From Alphaproteobacteria bacterium (GTDB taxonomy: Bacteria > Pseudomonadota > Alphaproteobacteria > Reyranellales > JAQSWP01): DNA of 64,000 bases. A program made the translations under genes and the position numbers. The DNA lies in the NCBI GenBank assembly GCA_037190765.1, contig JBBCJW010000025.1, positions 14,124-78,123 of the forward strand, given 5' to 3'. The notes under the pieces are model-generated. The model was given only the letters and a program-made list of their open reading frames with translations. It was not told the origin of the DNA and made no database searches. Shown here one piece after another: positions 48,297-57,555 of the stretch (the first letter of the stretch is position 1; each line of letters opens with the position of its first letter).

Positions 48297-49050
48297 GCAT
48301 GGTCAGGCCGCCGGAGACGCTGATCGTCTGGCCGGTGATGAAATTGGCGTCTTCGCTCGCCAGGAAGGCGACGATCCCGGGATAGTCGTCGGGTTCGCCC
48401 AGCCGGCGCAGGGGGATCGAGCGCTTCAGGCCTTCGCGGATCTTCGGGCCGAGGCCCTCCGTGCCGATGAACGATTCGAAAAGCGGCGTGTCGGTGGGGC
48501 CCGGGCAGACGGTGTTCAGCCTGATATTGCTGCGGGCCAGCTCGCGCGCCATGGTCTTGGTGAAGGCGATGACCCCGCCCTTGCACGCCGAGTACACCGC
48601 TTCGCCGGACGAGCCGACGCGGCCGGCGTCGGAGGCGATATTGACCACCTTGCCGTAGTTGCGCTTCAGCATGATGGGCAGAACCGCATAATGCATGTTC
48701 AGCGCGCCGTAGAGGTTGATGTCGACCACCTTCTTCCAGAAGGCGAAGTCGGAATCGAGGAAGGGCAGGGCCTTGTCCCATCCGACGTTGTTGATGAGGA
48801 TGTCGACGCCGCCAAACCGCTCTTCGACCGCCTTCACGCCCTGGGCCACCGCGTCGTAGTCGGTTATGTCGCATTTCACGGCCAGACCGGCCCCCGGGGA
48901 CATCTTGGCGACGGTTTCCTGCGCTCCCGCCTCGTTGATGTCGAACACGCCGACATTGCAGCCTTCGTCCGCCAGGCGCAGCGAAATCGCCCGGCCAATG
49001 CCGCTGCCGCCGCCGGTCACGATTGCGGTTTTCCCCGTTAAGCCCCTCAT
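48289..49050 (-). CDS. SDR, 2-hydroxycyclohexanecarboxyl-CoA dehydrogenase (BadH)-like
   Basis: VTGGGSGIG, NNVGWD, IASDAGRVGSSGEAVYSACKGG, CPGPTDTP and SVSGGLTMHG. SD AAGGAG. Confidence 0.7.
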   Translation of the reverse strand: MRGLTGKTAIVTGGGSGIGRAISLRLADEGCNVGVFDINEAGAQETVAKMSPGAGLAVKCDITDYDAVAQGVKAVEERFGGVDILINNVGWDKALPFLDSDFAFWKKVVDINLYGALNMHYAVLPIMLKRNYGKVVNIASDAGRVGSSGEAVYSACKGGVIAFTKTMARELARSNIRLNTVCPGPTDTPLFESFIGTEGLGPKIREGLKRSIPLRRLGEPDDYPGIVAFLASEDANFITGQTISVSGGLTMHG

Positions 49051-49123
49051 ACAAAACTCCTTTTTGTGGTAGGAACATCTACCCGGAACAGTTGATCGAC
49101 ACGCATTGGGAGCGCCTCTACCA

Positions 49124-49155
49124 AATGATAGTTAGAAACCAAACATTAGTTAGAA
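49124..49155 (+). promoter_or_regulatory. two tandem copies of the shared 14-nt motif (sites d1 and d2), 18 bp apart
   Basis: aatgatagttagaa at 49124-49137 and aacattagttagaa at 49142-49155. They lie in the divergent region between the BadH-like operon and a TetR gene. Confidence 0.55.
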
Positions 49156-49187
49156 AACGCAGGTCGCGCAAGACTGCCGCGGCGGCC

Positions 49188-49829
49188 ATGCCGGCCAATC
49201 CGCCGAGCGTAAGAACGCGTTCGAGAGCGGAAATATCGAGGGAGCAGGTGCTTCTGGGAGCCGCGAAGCTGATGCGCAAGCAAGGGTACGACGCTACCAC
49301 CTTGCGGCAGATTGCAGCCGCGGTCGGCATCAAGGCGGGTAGCATCTACTACCACTTTCGCTCGAAAGAGGAGATTCTCGACGCCGTGCTCGACCTGGGG
49401 ATCACGACGGTCCATGACGCGGTCCGCCGCGAGGTCATGGCCCTGGGGCCCAACGCGTCGGCGCGGGCGCGCATCGAGGTTGCGATCCGCACCCATCTTC
49501 AGGCGTTGTTCGAGCATGGCGACTACGCCTCGGTAAATATGCGCATCTACGGCCTTCTGCCCGAGGATGTGCGGTTGCGGAACATGCGGCGTCGCGAAGC
49601 CTACGCCGACTATTGGGACGAACTGTTCAGGGCCGCCGAAGAGCAGAACCTGATACGGCATAAATTCAGTCCCAGGGTCATTCGCCTGATCCTGATCGGT
49701 GCGCTGAATTGGACGGTCGAGTGGTTCGATCCCCGCAAGGGTCCGGTCGAAAACATTGCCGAGACTTTCAGTTCGATGATCTTCGATGGGCTGATGCCGG
49801 CGAACGTGGAACGGAAATCGAAGAAATAG
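49188..49829 (+). CDS. TetR/AcrR family transcriptional regulator
   Basis: HTH GYDATTLRQIAAAVGIKAGSIYYHFRSKEEIL. The reading frame opens at 49023 and the first in-frame ATG I considered is 49125. That ATG lies inside motif d1, so I prefer ATG 49188; the start is uncertain. Confidence 0.8.
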   Translation: MPANPPSVRTRSRAEISREQVLLGAAKLMRKQGYDATTLRQIAAAVGIKAGSIYYHFRSKEEILDAVLDLGITTVHDAVRREVMALGPNASARARIEVAIRTHLQALFEHGDYASVNMRIYGLLPEDVRLRNMRRREAYADYWDELFRAAEEQNLIRHKFSPRVIRLILIGALNWTVEWFDPRKGPVENIAETFSSMIFDGLMPANVERKSKK

Positions 49830-49837
49830 CGGCTGGT

Positions 49838-50620
49838 TCAGCGCGGCATCGCCAGCCGCGAGCCGCCGTCGACGAACATGATCTCGCCGGTGACGCTGCG
49901 CGCGTGCTCCACCAGCCAGGTGATCGGATCGGCGATGTCGTCGGGGGTGCTGACGCGCGCCAGCGGCGAGTTGGCCTTGTAGCGCTCGGCCACCGCCTGT
50001 GCCCCGTCCTGGCCGTATCCCCTGCGCACCCACGGCGTGTCGACATAGCCGGGCATTACCGCGTTCACCCTGATCTCCGGCCCCAGGACACGGGCCAGGG
50101 AGAGGGTGACGCTGTTCAGGGCGGCCTTGGAGGCGGCATAGGCGATGGATGAGCCCGTTCCGAGAAACGAAGCGATCGACGAAACGTTGACGATGGCGCC
50201 GTTGCCGCTGGCGCGCAGCGCGGGGGCGCAGGCTTTCGACATCTGGAAGGCGGCGACCACGTTGGTGCGGTAGATGCGCAGGAAATCCTCGCCGTCCAAT
50301 CCGTCGAGATCGGCGTGCTTCACCGCTTTGGTCGTGCCGGCATTGTTCACCAGCGCATCGATCCGGCCCCATTTCTCCAGCGTCCGGTTCACCAGCGCCA
50401 GGCAATCCTCGTTGTTCGACACGTCCGCCTGCATCGCTGCGGCGACGCCTCCGGCCCTGCGGCAGGCCTCGGCGGTCTCCTCTGCGCCGGCGGCGCTGCT
50501 CGCGAAGTTCACCGCTATGTGCCAACCGCTGCGGGCAAGGCGCAGCGCGGTCGCCGCGCCAATGCCCGAGGATGCGCCGGTGATGACGGCGACCCGCCCG
50601 TTCACTTCCTGTGTGCTCAC
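49838..50620 (-). CDS. SDR family oxidoreductase
   Basis: ITGASSGIG and catalytic YAASKAAL. Confidence 0.85.
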   Translation of the reverse strand: MSTQEVNGRVAVITGASSGIGAATALRLARSGWHIAVNFASSAAGAEETAEACRRAGGVAAAMQADVSNNEDCLALVNRTLEKWGRIDALVNNAGTTKAVKHADLDGLDGEDFLRIYRTNVVAAFQMSKACAPALRASGNGAIVNVSSIASFLGTGSSIAYAASKAALNSVTLSLARVLGPEIRVNAVMPGYVDTPWVRRGYGQDGAQAVAERYKANSPLARVSTPDDIADPITWLVEHARSVTGEIMFVDGGSRLAMPR

Positions 50621-51786
50621 TGTGTTTTCCTTCCCGATCCGCCGCGGCGTTTCCCTTCAGTCCCCGCACGGGCTTCGCCGAGGACTTCCTCCGTATGCTG
50701 GCCCAGCGCGGGCGGTTCGCGTGGAACCGTGTGGTCGCGCTGCGGCAATCCCGGAAAACGCAGATAGGAGAAGCCGCCGGCATCGGCGAACAGGTTGCGT
50801 GCCGCAAGCTGCGGATGGCGGCGGATGTCGCCCAGTTCCGATACCAGCGAGGCGGGAATGTCGTGCCCGGCGAAATCCTGGAGCAGGCTCTCCAGGCTGC
50901 GCGCGGCAATGGCTGCCGACAGGCGCTCCTGCAGCAACTCCGTGTGCTTCAGCCGGTCGGTAAAGCGTCGATAGGGCCCGTCGGCCAGCTCCGGCATGTC
51001 GAGCGCGCGCACCAGCGCCTGCCAGAAATGGTCCTCGACCGCACCCAGCGCAATCTGCTTGCCGTCGGCGGTGGTGTAAACGCCATTGCCCGGCCGGTTC
51101 AGTATGTCGCCCCGCGACAGCGCGCCGGCATGCTGCAGCGTGCCGTAGCGGGCGGCCACCATCGGCAGCAGACAATCGGCGATGGCGATGTCGATGAACT
51201 GGCCCTTGCCGGTCGCATCGCGGCTGCGCAGCGCGGCCAGCACCGAAATGACGGCGGCCATGCTGGCGCTGACATCGGCTATGGGGAAGGCAACGGCATA
51301 GGAGGGAGGGCCGTCCGGTGCGCCGCACAGCGACAGCGCGCCCGAAGCGGCCATGTAGTTGATGTCATGCCCCGGCACGTCGCGATAGGGGCCGCTCTGG
51401 CCGTAACCGGACAGCGAAACGTAGACCAGCCCGCCATTCCTCCGCGTCAGCGCTTCGTATCCGATGCCCAGCTTGTCGGCGACGCCGGGCCTGAACCCCT
51501 CGATCAGCACGTCCGCCGTTGCGACCAGGTCCAGCAGCGCGGCCAGGCCCGCTTCGGTCTTCAGATCGAGGCAAACGCTTTTCTTGTCGCGATTGGCGAT
51601 CCTGAAAATGCCGGGAAAGGTGGTGCGCACGATGTCTCCGGTCGGCCGCTCCACCTTGATGACCTCCGCCCCCAGATCCGACAGGATCAGGGCGGCGTAG
51701 GGGCCGGGGAGCTGCTCTCCCAGGTCGAGCACGCGAATGCCCTGCAGCGGCTTCGGCGCAGCGCCGGCGGTATGGCTATCCGTCAT
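50617..51786 (-). CDS. family-III CoA-transferase fold protein, alpha-methylacyl-CoA racemase (MCR)-like
   Basis: ILSDLGAEVIKVERP, EGFRPGVADKLGIGY and SGYGQSGPYRDVPGHDINY (GHDINY as in mycobacterial MCR). Confidence 0.8.
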   Translation of the reverse strand: MTDSHTAGAAPKPLQGIRVLDLGEQLPGPYAALILSDLGAEVIKVERPTGDIVRTTFPGIFRIANRDKKSVCLDLKTEAGLAALLDLVATADVLIEGFRPGVADKLGIGYEALTRRNGGLVYVSLSGYGQSGPYRDVPGHDINYMAASGALSLCGAPDGPPSYAVAFPIADVSASMAAVISVLAALRSRDATGKGQFIDIAIADCLLPMVAARYGTLQHAGALSRGDILNRPGNGVYTTADGKQIALGAVEDHFWQALVRALDMPELADGPYRRFTDRLKHTELLQERLSAAIAARSLESLLQDFAGHDIPASLVSELGDIRRHPQLAARNLFADAGGFSYLRFPGLPQRDHTVPREPPALGQHTEEVLGEARAGTEGKRRGGSGRKTQ

Positions 51787-51789
51787 TGC

Positions 51790-52617
51790 TCAGTCCGCCG
51801 GTACGAAATTCGGCTTGCGCCGCTCGACGAAAGCGGAAAGCCCCTCGGAGACCGCCTTGCCTTGCAGCAGATCGACAGCCAGATCGGTTTCCATGCCCAG
51901 ACCCTGATCAAGGGACATTTCGCAGCCATTGCGCGCCAGCTTCTTCATTGCCGCAAGACCTTCGGGGCTGTAGCCGGCCAGCATGGTGCAGTATTGCATG
52001 GCTTCGGACATCAGGGCCGCATCGTCGACCAGATAGTTCACCAGCCCCCATTGATAGGCGGTTTCTCCGTCAAGCCAGCGGCCGGACAGGAAGAGGTCGA
52101 GCGCGCGGCGCAGGCCGATGATTTTGGGCAGGCGCTGGCTGCCGCCCCAGCCGGGCAGCAGGCCGAAGCGGGCATGCTGGTCGCCGATGCGTGCTGAACG
52201 GGCGCAGAAAACCACGTCGCAGGCCAGCATCATCTCCAGGCCGCCCGCCAGGCAAAGTCCCTGTACGGCCGCGACAACGGGCAGACGGCTGGTTTCGAAG
52301 CGCCGCTGCAGCGATATCCCGTTCTCCAGGAAGTGGCGCAGAATAGCTGGATCGTTGCGTTTGTGTTCGACATCGGCGAGATCGGCGCCGGCGCTGAAAC
52401 TGCTTCCCCTGGCGCACAGCAATACGACACCGATGGTTGAAGAGGCTTCGAACCGGTCCAGTCCTTCGTGCAAGCGATCGATCACATCGCCGGAGAGGCA
52501 GTTATGCTTGTCCGGCCGGTTGAGTTCGAGAATGCCGATGCGGCCTTCGACCTTTGTCAGGACAGGCGATTGCTGCGCGCTCACCACGATGCCTCGTTCG
52601 TTTGCCCGAAGGACCAT
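51790..52617 (-). CDS. enoyl-CoA hydratase/isomerase
   Basis: ELNRPDKHN, FSAGADL and GLSAFVERRKPNF. Confidence 0.85.
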   Translation of the reverse strand: MVLRANERGIVVSAQQSPVLTKVEGRIGILELNRPDKHNCLSGDVIDRLHEGLDRFEASSTIGVVLLCARGSSFSAGADLADVEHKRNDPAILRHFLENGISLQRRFETSRLPVVAAVQGLCLAGGLEMMLACDVVFCARSARIGDQHARFGLLPGWGGSQRLPKIIGLRRALDLFLSGRWLDGETAYQWGLVNYLVDDAALMSEAMQYCTMLAGYSPEGLAAMKKLARNGCEMSLDQGLGMETDLAVDLLQGKAVSEGLSAFVERRKPNFVPAD

Positions 52618-52650
52618 GCCAACTTCGCGAAAACGATAACGATGCGCGGT

Positions 52651-52679
52651 TTACAAAACAAGCGAACATTAGTTAGAAT
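52651..52679 (+). promoter_or_regulatory. candidate promoter with shared 14-nt motif (site e)
   Basis: TTACAA, a 17-nt spacer, then TAGAAT. The motif aacattagttagaa at 52665-52678 is identical to site d2. The inverted repeat GAACA...TGTTC flanks it. Confidence 0.55.
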
Positions 52680-52710
52680 TTGTTCATAGCGCCTATCCAA
52701 AGGAAAAAGC

Positions 52711-53871
52711 ATGGAATTTCTCGATCCGTCTTTCGAGCGCCCGGTGTTTTCGGCGGCATCGAAGCAATTGCGCGCCGAGGTGAGGAAGTTCCTGCAGGAA
52801 GAACGCGAAGCGGGGAACTTCACGCCGATCTGCAATGCCTGGGTCGAGGGATTCTCCAGCGAGTTCAGCCAGAAGCTGGGCGCGCGCGGGTGGATCGGCC
52901 ATCACTGGCCGAAACGTTATGGCGGGAACGAAGGCACCGCTTACGACACCTTCATCATCAATGAGGAACTGCTGGCCGCCGGCGCGCCGGTCAACGCGCA
53001 CTGGACCGCCGCCCGCCAGTCCGGCCCGGTGATCATGCGCTATGCCAGCGAGGACATCCGGCTGAAATTCCTGCCGGAAATCGCGGCCGGCCGGCTCTAT
53101 TTCGCGATCGGGCTGAGCGAGCCCGATTCGGGTTCGGATCTGGCCTCCGTGCGCACCAGGGCCCGGCAGGACGGGAAATACTGGCGCATCACCGGACGCA
53201 AGATCTGGACGACATCGGCCCATCGTTGCCAGTGGATGATCGTGCTGTGCCGCACCTCGCCGCTGGAAGAGGGCGGCCGCCACCACGGTCTCACCCAGTT
53301 CATCGTCGATCTCAAGAGCGAGGGCGTCAGCATCCGCCCCATCCTGGCGCTGGACGGCAGCCATCATTTCAACGAGGTGCTGTTCGAGGACGTCGAGGTT
53401 CCCGAGGAGCTGATGCTGGGCAACCCGGGCGACGCCTGGCGACAGGTTTCCAGCGAACTGGCCTATGAACGCAGCGGTCCGGAACGGTTCCTGAGTTCGC
53501 TGCCGTTTCTGGACGAGTTCCTGCGCACGGTCGGCCAAAGCGGCGATCGCCACACCAACCTGAACCTGGGCCGGATGATCGCCCGGCTGGTGGTGCTGCG
53601 CGGCATGAGCCTGGGCATTGCCGGCTCGCTGAACAAGGGCAATGCGCCCGATACGGAAGCCGCGCTGGTGAAGGGGCTGGGCAGCGCCTTCGAGCGCGAG
53701 ACGATCGAGGCGGTGCGCGGCCTGGCCGGCGAGCTGATCGACCGTCCGGAGAATGCCGCCCTGCGCGCGCGCTTCCGCGAGGCGCTGTTCTCGGCGCCGA
53801 CCTACACGATCCGGGGCGGCACCAACGAGATTCTCCGCAACATCGTCGCCAAGAGGCTGAAGCTGTCATGA
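52711..53871 (+). CDS. acyl-CoA dehydrogenase, putative alpha subunit of a heteromeric pair
   Basis: Full three-domain ACAD of 386 aa. The C-terminal motif reads IRGGTNEIL, with no Glu at the YEG position. There is an IVD-type Glu candidate in ELAYERSG. Confidence 0.85.
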   Translation: MEFLDPSFERPVFSAASKQLRAEVRKFLQEEREAGNFTPICNAWVEGFSSEFSQKLGARGWIGHHWPKRYGGNEGTAYDTFIINEELLAAGAPVNAHWTAARQSGPVIMRYASEDIRLKFLPEIAAGRLYFAIGLSEPDSGSDLASVRTRARQDGKYWRITGRKIWTTSAHRCQWMIVLCRTSPLEEGGRHHGLTQFIVDLKSEGVSIRPILALDGSHHFNEVLFEDVEVPEELMLGNPGDAWRQVSSELAYERSGPERFLSSLPFLDEFLRTVGQSGDRHTNLNLGRMIARLVVLRGMSLGIAGSLNKGNAPDTEAALVKGLGSAFERETIEAVRGLAGELIDRPENAALRARFREALFSAPTYTIRGGTNEILRNIVAKRLKLS

Positions 53872-54929
53872 GTGAACTTGCGCAGATGCTGTACGACACT
53901 GCAGGCCGGCTGTTCGCCGATGCCAGTACGGCAGACCTGATCAACGCGGCGGAGAACGGGGAGTGGCCCGAAGCGCTCTGGGCCAAGCTGGAGGAGCTGG
54001 GGCTATTGGATGTCCTCGAGGAGGAAGCCGCCGATGGCGGCGGCGGATCGTGGGCGGACGTCGCCGCGCTGCTGCGACGGGTCGGCGAATACAGCGTTCC
54101 GCTGCCGGTCGCCGAGACGATCCTGGCCCGCTGGCTGGCGAAGCAGGCCGGCCTGTCGCTGCCGGCGGGGCCGGCCAGTTTGGCCCTGATCGAGCATCCG
54201 GCGGCGCTGCACGCCGAGGGCGCCGGCTGGAGGCTGGACGCCCCGCTGGCCGGGGTCGCCTGGGGGCGTATTGCCAAATCGGTGGTGGTGGCCTTCGAGA
54301 TCGATGGCGTGCTGCGCGCCGGCCTGCTGCCCGTCGCCAGCGCAAGCGAAGGCCGGTCGGTCGCCGGCGAGCCGCGCGACACGCTGGTCCCGGCCGCAAC
54401 CGCTTTCCAGGCCGGCACTCTGACCGGCATATCCCTGGACGAGGTGCGGTCGGTCGGGGCGCTGACGCGGGTGGCGATGATGACCGGCGCCCTGCAGCGC
54501 GCCATGGCGCTGTCGATCCGCTACGCCAACGAGCGTTCGCAGTTCGGCCGCTCGCTGTTCGCGTTCCAGGCGATCCAGCATCATCTGGCGCAGATCGCCG
54601 AGGAGACCTGCGCCGCGGCCGTGGCGCTCGAGCTGGCTGCGGGCAATTACAGCGACAGCCGCGCCACGATGAATATCGCGGCGGCAAAGGTCCGGGTGGG
54701 CGAGGCGGCCGGCAAGGTCGCCGCCCTGGCGCATCAGATCCATGGCGCCATGGGCGTGACCTACGAGCATACGTTGCACCACAGCACGCGGCGGCTTTGG
54801 GCCTGGCGGGACGAGTATGGCCGGGAGGACGACTGGGCGTTGCGGCTCTGGCACGCCGCCGCGCCGGAACTCGGCGCCGGCGTCTGGCCGCTTGTCGTCA
54901 GCGCCACCAGCCGCGAAGCTGCCGGCTAG
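53868..54929 (+). CDS. acyl-CoA dehydrogenase family protein, putative beta subunit
   Basis: ATGA overlap with the upstream ACAD gene. 353 aa. The C-terminal ACAD domain has GVTYEHTLHHSTRRLWAW and no YEG-type base. Confidence 0.8.
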   Translation: MSELAQMLYDTAGRLFADASTADLINAAENGEWPEALWAKLEELGLLDVLEEEAADGGGGSWADVAALLRRVGEYSVPLPVAETILARWLAKQAGLSLPAGPASLALIEHPAALHAEGAGWRLDAPLAGVAWGRIAKSVVVAFEIDGVLRAGLLPVASASEGRSVAGEPRDTLVPAATAFQAGTLTGISLDEVRSVGALTRVAMMTGALQRAMALSIRYANERSQFGRSLFAFQAIQHHLAQIAEETCAAAVALELAAGNYSDSRATMNIAAAKVRVGEAAGKVAALAHQIHGAMGVTYEHTLHHSTRRLWAWRDEYGREDDWALRLWHAAAPELGAGVWPLVVSATSREAAG

Positions 54930-54978
54930 ATCGACAACGAGGCATGCCCGGCATCGGGTTTCGGGAGAGAACGACAGC

Positions 54979-55767
54979 ATGAGCGATTACAAGACGATAC
55001 TGTTCGACGTGGCGCCGGATACCGGCGTCGCCTGCCTGACGCTGAACCGGCCGGACAGATTCAACGCCTTCAACAAGGAAATGGTCGGCGAATGGCGCGA
55101 CGTGTTGGGCCGGGTCGAGCGCGACGTTTCCATTCGCGCCCTGGTCCTCACCGGCAAGGGCAAGGCGTTCTGCGCCGGTGGCGATATCGACGAGCTGGAA
55201 TCGTTCCTGACCATGAGCGCGCTGGAGCGCAAGCAGTTCCTCTGGGACAATGTGCACCAGATTCCGCTGGCGCTCGAGCGCATCGATTGCCCGGTCATCG
55301 CCGCACTGAACGGCACGGCGCGCGGCGCGGGGCTGGACATGGCGCTGATGTGCGATCTGCGGGTGATGGACAGGTCGGTGGTGCTGGCGGAAAGCTATAT
55401 TGCGATGGGCCTGATGCCCGGCGACGGCGGCAGCTACTTCCTGCCGCGTCTGGTTGGTGTGCCGCGCGCGCTGGAACTGCTGTGGACCGGAGCAGACATC
55501 ACGGCCGAAACCGCCGAGCGCATCGGTCTGGTCAACCAGGTGACGGCGGACGGCACTTGCGTCGAGGAGGCGATCAAGCTGGCGACGCGCATCGCCCGCC
55601 AGCCGACCCATGCCATACGGTTCACCAAGCGTGCGGTCTATCAGGGACAGACCGGCGATCTGCGCGGCCATCTCGACATGGTATCCTCGCATATGTCGGT
55701 GCTGGAGGACATGCCGGACTTCCGGGCCCGCGTCGAGGCGTTCAAGAAGAGGCGACAGAAGGCTTAG
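54979..55767 (+). CDS. enoyl-CoA hydratase/isomerase
   Basis: TLNRPDRFNA, FCAGGD and RVEAFKKRR. SD GGGAGAG. Confidence 0.85.
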   Translation: MSDYKTILFDVAPDTGVACLTLNRPDRFNAFNKEMVGEWRDVLGRVERDVSIRALVLTGKGKAFCAGGDIDELESFLTMSALERKQFLWDNVHQIPLALERIDCPVIAALNGTARGAGLDMALMCDLRVMDRSVVLAESYIAMGLMPGDGGSYFLPRLVGVPRALELLWTGADITAETAERIGLVNQVTADGTCVEEAIKLATRIARQPTHAIRFTKRAVYQGQTGDLRGHLDMVSSHMSVLEDMPDFRARVEAFKKRRQKA

Positions 55768-55783
55768 ATGCTGGTGGAACGAC

Positions 55784-56560
55784 ATGCAGCTTGAGCTTGG
55801 AGGAAAGTGCGGCATCGTCACGGGAGCCAGTCGCGGCATCGGGCGCGCCATCGCGCTCGCCCTGGCACGCGAAGGCATGCGGCTGGCACTGGTGGCGCGC
55901 GCCAGCGACGTACTCGACGATGCCGTCCGGCAGACTGGTTCTGCCGACGCTTTTGCGATCGGCTGCGATCTGCGTCAGGCTGCGGCGCCTGCCGCCGCCG
56001 TAGAAGCCACGCTCGCCCGTTTCGGCGCCATCGACGTGCTGGTCAATTGCGCCGGGGCAACCAAGCGCGGCGACTTCCTAGCGCTGACCGACGAGGAGTG
56101 GAGCGACGGCTTCGCGCTCAAGTTCCATGCCGCCATGCGCATGAGCCGGGCCGCCTGGCCAGCGCTCTGCGCTAGCCGGGGAACCATCGTCAACATCATT
56201 GGCGTCGGCGGTCGCGTGGCCTCGGCCGAGTTCAGCATTGGCGGCGCCGTCAACTCGGCCCTGATCAACCTGACCAAAAGCCTGGCCGACCGCGGCGTTC
56301 GCGACGGCGTGCGGGTCAATGCGGTCAATCCGGGCGGCATTGCGACCGATCGCTGGCGCAACCGGGTCAATGTGGCTGCCGAGAGAAACCGAACCACCCC
56401 TGCCCAGGCGGAGGAACTGCTGGTGCAGGAGATGGGCGTCGCCTCGATCGGCACGCCGGAGAATATCGCCGATGTCGTGGCCTTCATGGCCAGTCCGCGC
56501 GCCGCCTACATGCAGGGCGCCGTGGTCGATGTCGATGGAGGCATGGTTCGCGCCCTTTAG
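55784..56560 (+). CDS. SDR-fold protein lacking the canonical Ser-Tyr-Lys catalytic residues
   Basis: VTGASRGIG is present, but no YxxxK occurs anywhere in the protein. The active-site region reads NIIGVGGRVASAEFSIGGAVNSALINLTK. Confidence 0.75.
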   Translation: MQLELGGKCGIVTGASRGIGRAIALALAREGMRLALVARASDVLDDAVRQTGSADAFAIGCDLRQAAAPAAAVEATLARFGAIDVLVNCAGATKRGDFLALTDEEWSDGFALKFHAAMRMSRAAWPALCASRGTIVNIIGVGGRVASAEFSIGGAVNSALINLTKSLADRGVRDGVRVNAVNPGGIATDRWRNRVNVAAERNRTTPAQAEELLVQEMGVASIGTPENIADVVAFMASPRAAYMQGAVVDVDGGMVRAL

Positions 56561-56604
56561 ACAGCGCATGAGTCTTGCGGTCCTCGGTTCCGGGAGGTGA
56601 TGAA

Positions 56605-57555
56605 ATGATCGCGTCGGATGGCCGGGAAGGGAAAAAGACCGTCGATATGGCGGTGCTCAAGCATCTGCCGTTCTTTCTCGCCATCGCGCAAACCCAGAAT
56701 TTCCGGCTGGCCGCCCGCCAACTGAACATCGCCCAGCCTGCCCTGTCGCGACGCATGTCCGATCTGGAGAAGACGCTCGGCGTGACCTTGTTCGAGCGCC
56801 GCTCCAAGGGCGTGCTGCTGTCCGAGGTCGGGCGGATCTTCTACACCGACCTGCTGCAGGTGTCGGGTCAGCTCAAGCAGGCGCAGCGGCGCGTGAAGCG
56901 GGCGATGCAGGGCCAGGTCGGAACGTTGCGCATGGGGTTCACCTCGCTGGTCGCCCGGCACGCGATCCTGGCGGAAGCCTGCAGCCAGTTCCGCCGCGAC
57001 CGGCCCGAGGTCGATCTGGTTCTCTCCTGCATGATGTCGCTCGACCAGTTGCGCGCGATCAGGGCCGATCAGCTCGATGCCGGCCTCGTCTACCATCCGC
57101 ACGTCACCCGCGACTCCGGTCTGGAGAGCCGCGAGGTGCTGGTCGAGAACATCGTACTGGCCGTCTCCAGCCGCTCGCCGCTGGCCCGGCGCAAGACCAT
57201 CACGCTGTGCGACCTGCGAGACGAGGACGTCGTCTCCATCGCCCGCGGTCGCGGGCTGGCCTATTACGATCTGGTGTACCGCGCCTGCCTGGATGGCGGC
57301 CTGCAGCCGCGCATCGTGCAGGAGGTCGACGATCGCGAATCGCTGCTCAGCCTGGTGTCGCTGGGGGCAGGGATCGCCTTCGTGCACGACGCCGTCGCCC
57401 TGCAGAAGCGGCCGCGTGTGGTTTTCCGGCCGATCGCCGATCTGCACGTGCCGATGCGATTGCTGATGGTCTGGCCGCAGCAGCGCCATTCCAGTCTGAT
57501 CGAGGACTTCGCCGCCTGCCTGTGCCGCGATGTCGTGGTCAGGCGTCCGGAGTGA
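56605..57555 (+). CDS. LysR-family transcriptional regulator
   Basis: HTH FFLAIAQTQNFRLAARQLNIAQPALSRRMSDLEKTLG. ATG 56605 has GGAGG 7 nt upstream; the alternative start is ATG 56647. Confidence 0.85.
   Translation: MIASDGREGKKTVDMAVLKHLPFFLAIAQTQNFRLAARQLNIAQPALSRRMSDLEKTLGVTLFERRSKGVLLSEVGRIFYTDLLQVSGQLKQAQRRVKRAMQGQVGTLRMGFTSLVARHAILAEACSQFRRDRPEVDLVLSCMMSLDQLRAIRADQLDAGLVYHPHVTRDSGLESREVLVENIVLAVSSRSPLARRKTITLCDLRDEDVVSIARGRGLAYYDLVYRACLDGGLQPRIVQEVDDRESLLSLVSLGAGIAFVHDAVALQKRPRVVFRPIADLHVPMRLLMVWPQQRHSSLIEDFAACLCRDVVVRRPE

Noticed and set aside
49125-49187. Longer version of the TetR gene starting at ATG 49125
   Set aside because: That ATG and the next 10 codons are made of the two tandem 14-nt motif copies and their -10-like hexamers. 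The stretch is therefore more likely promoter/operator than coding. It is not excluded, and N-terminal proteomics or TSS mapping would settle it.
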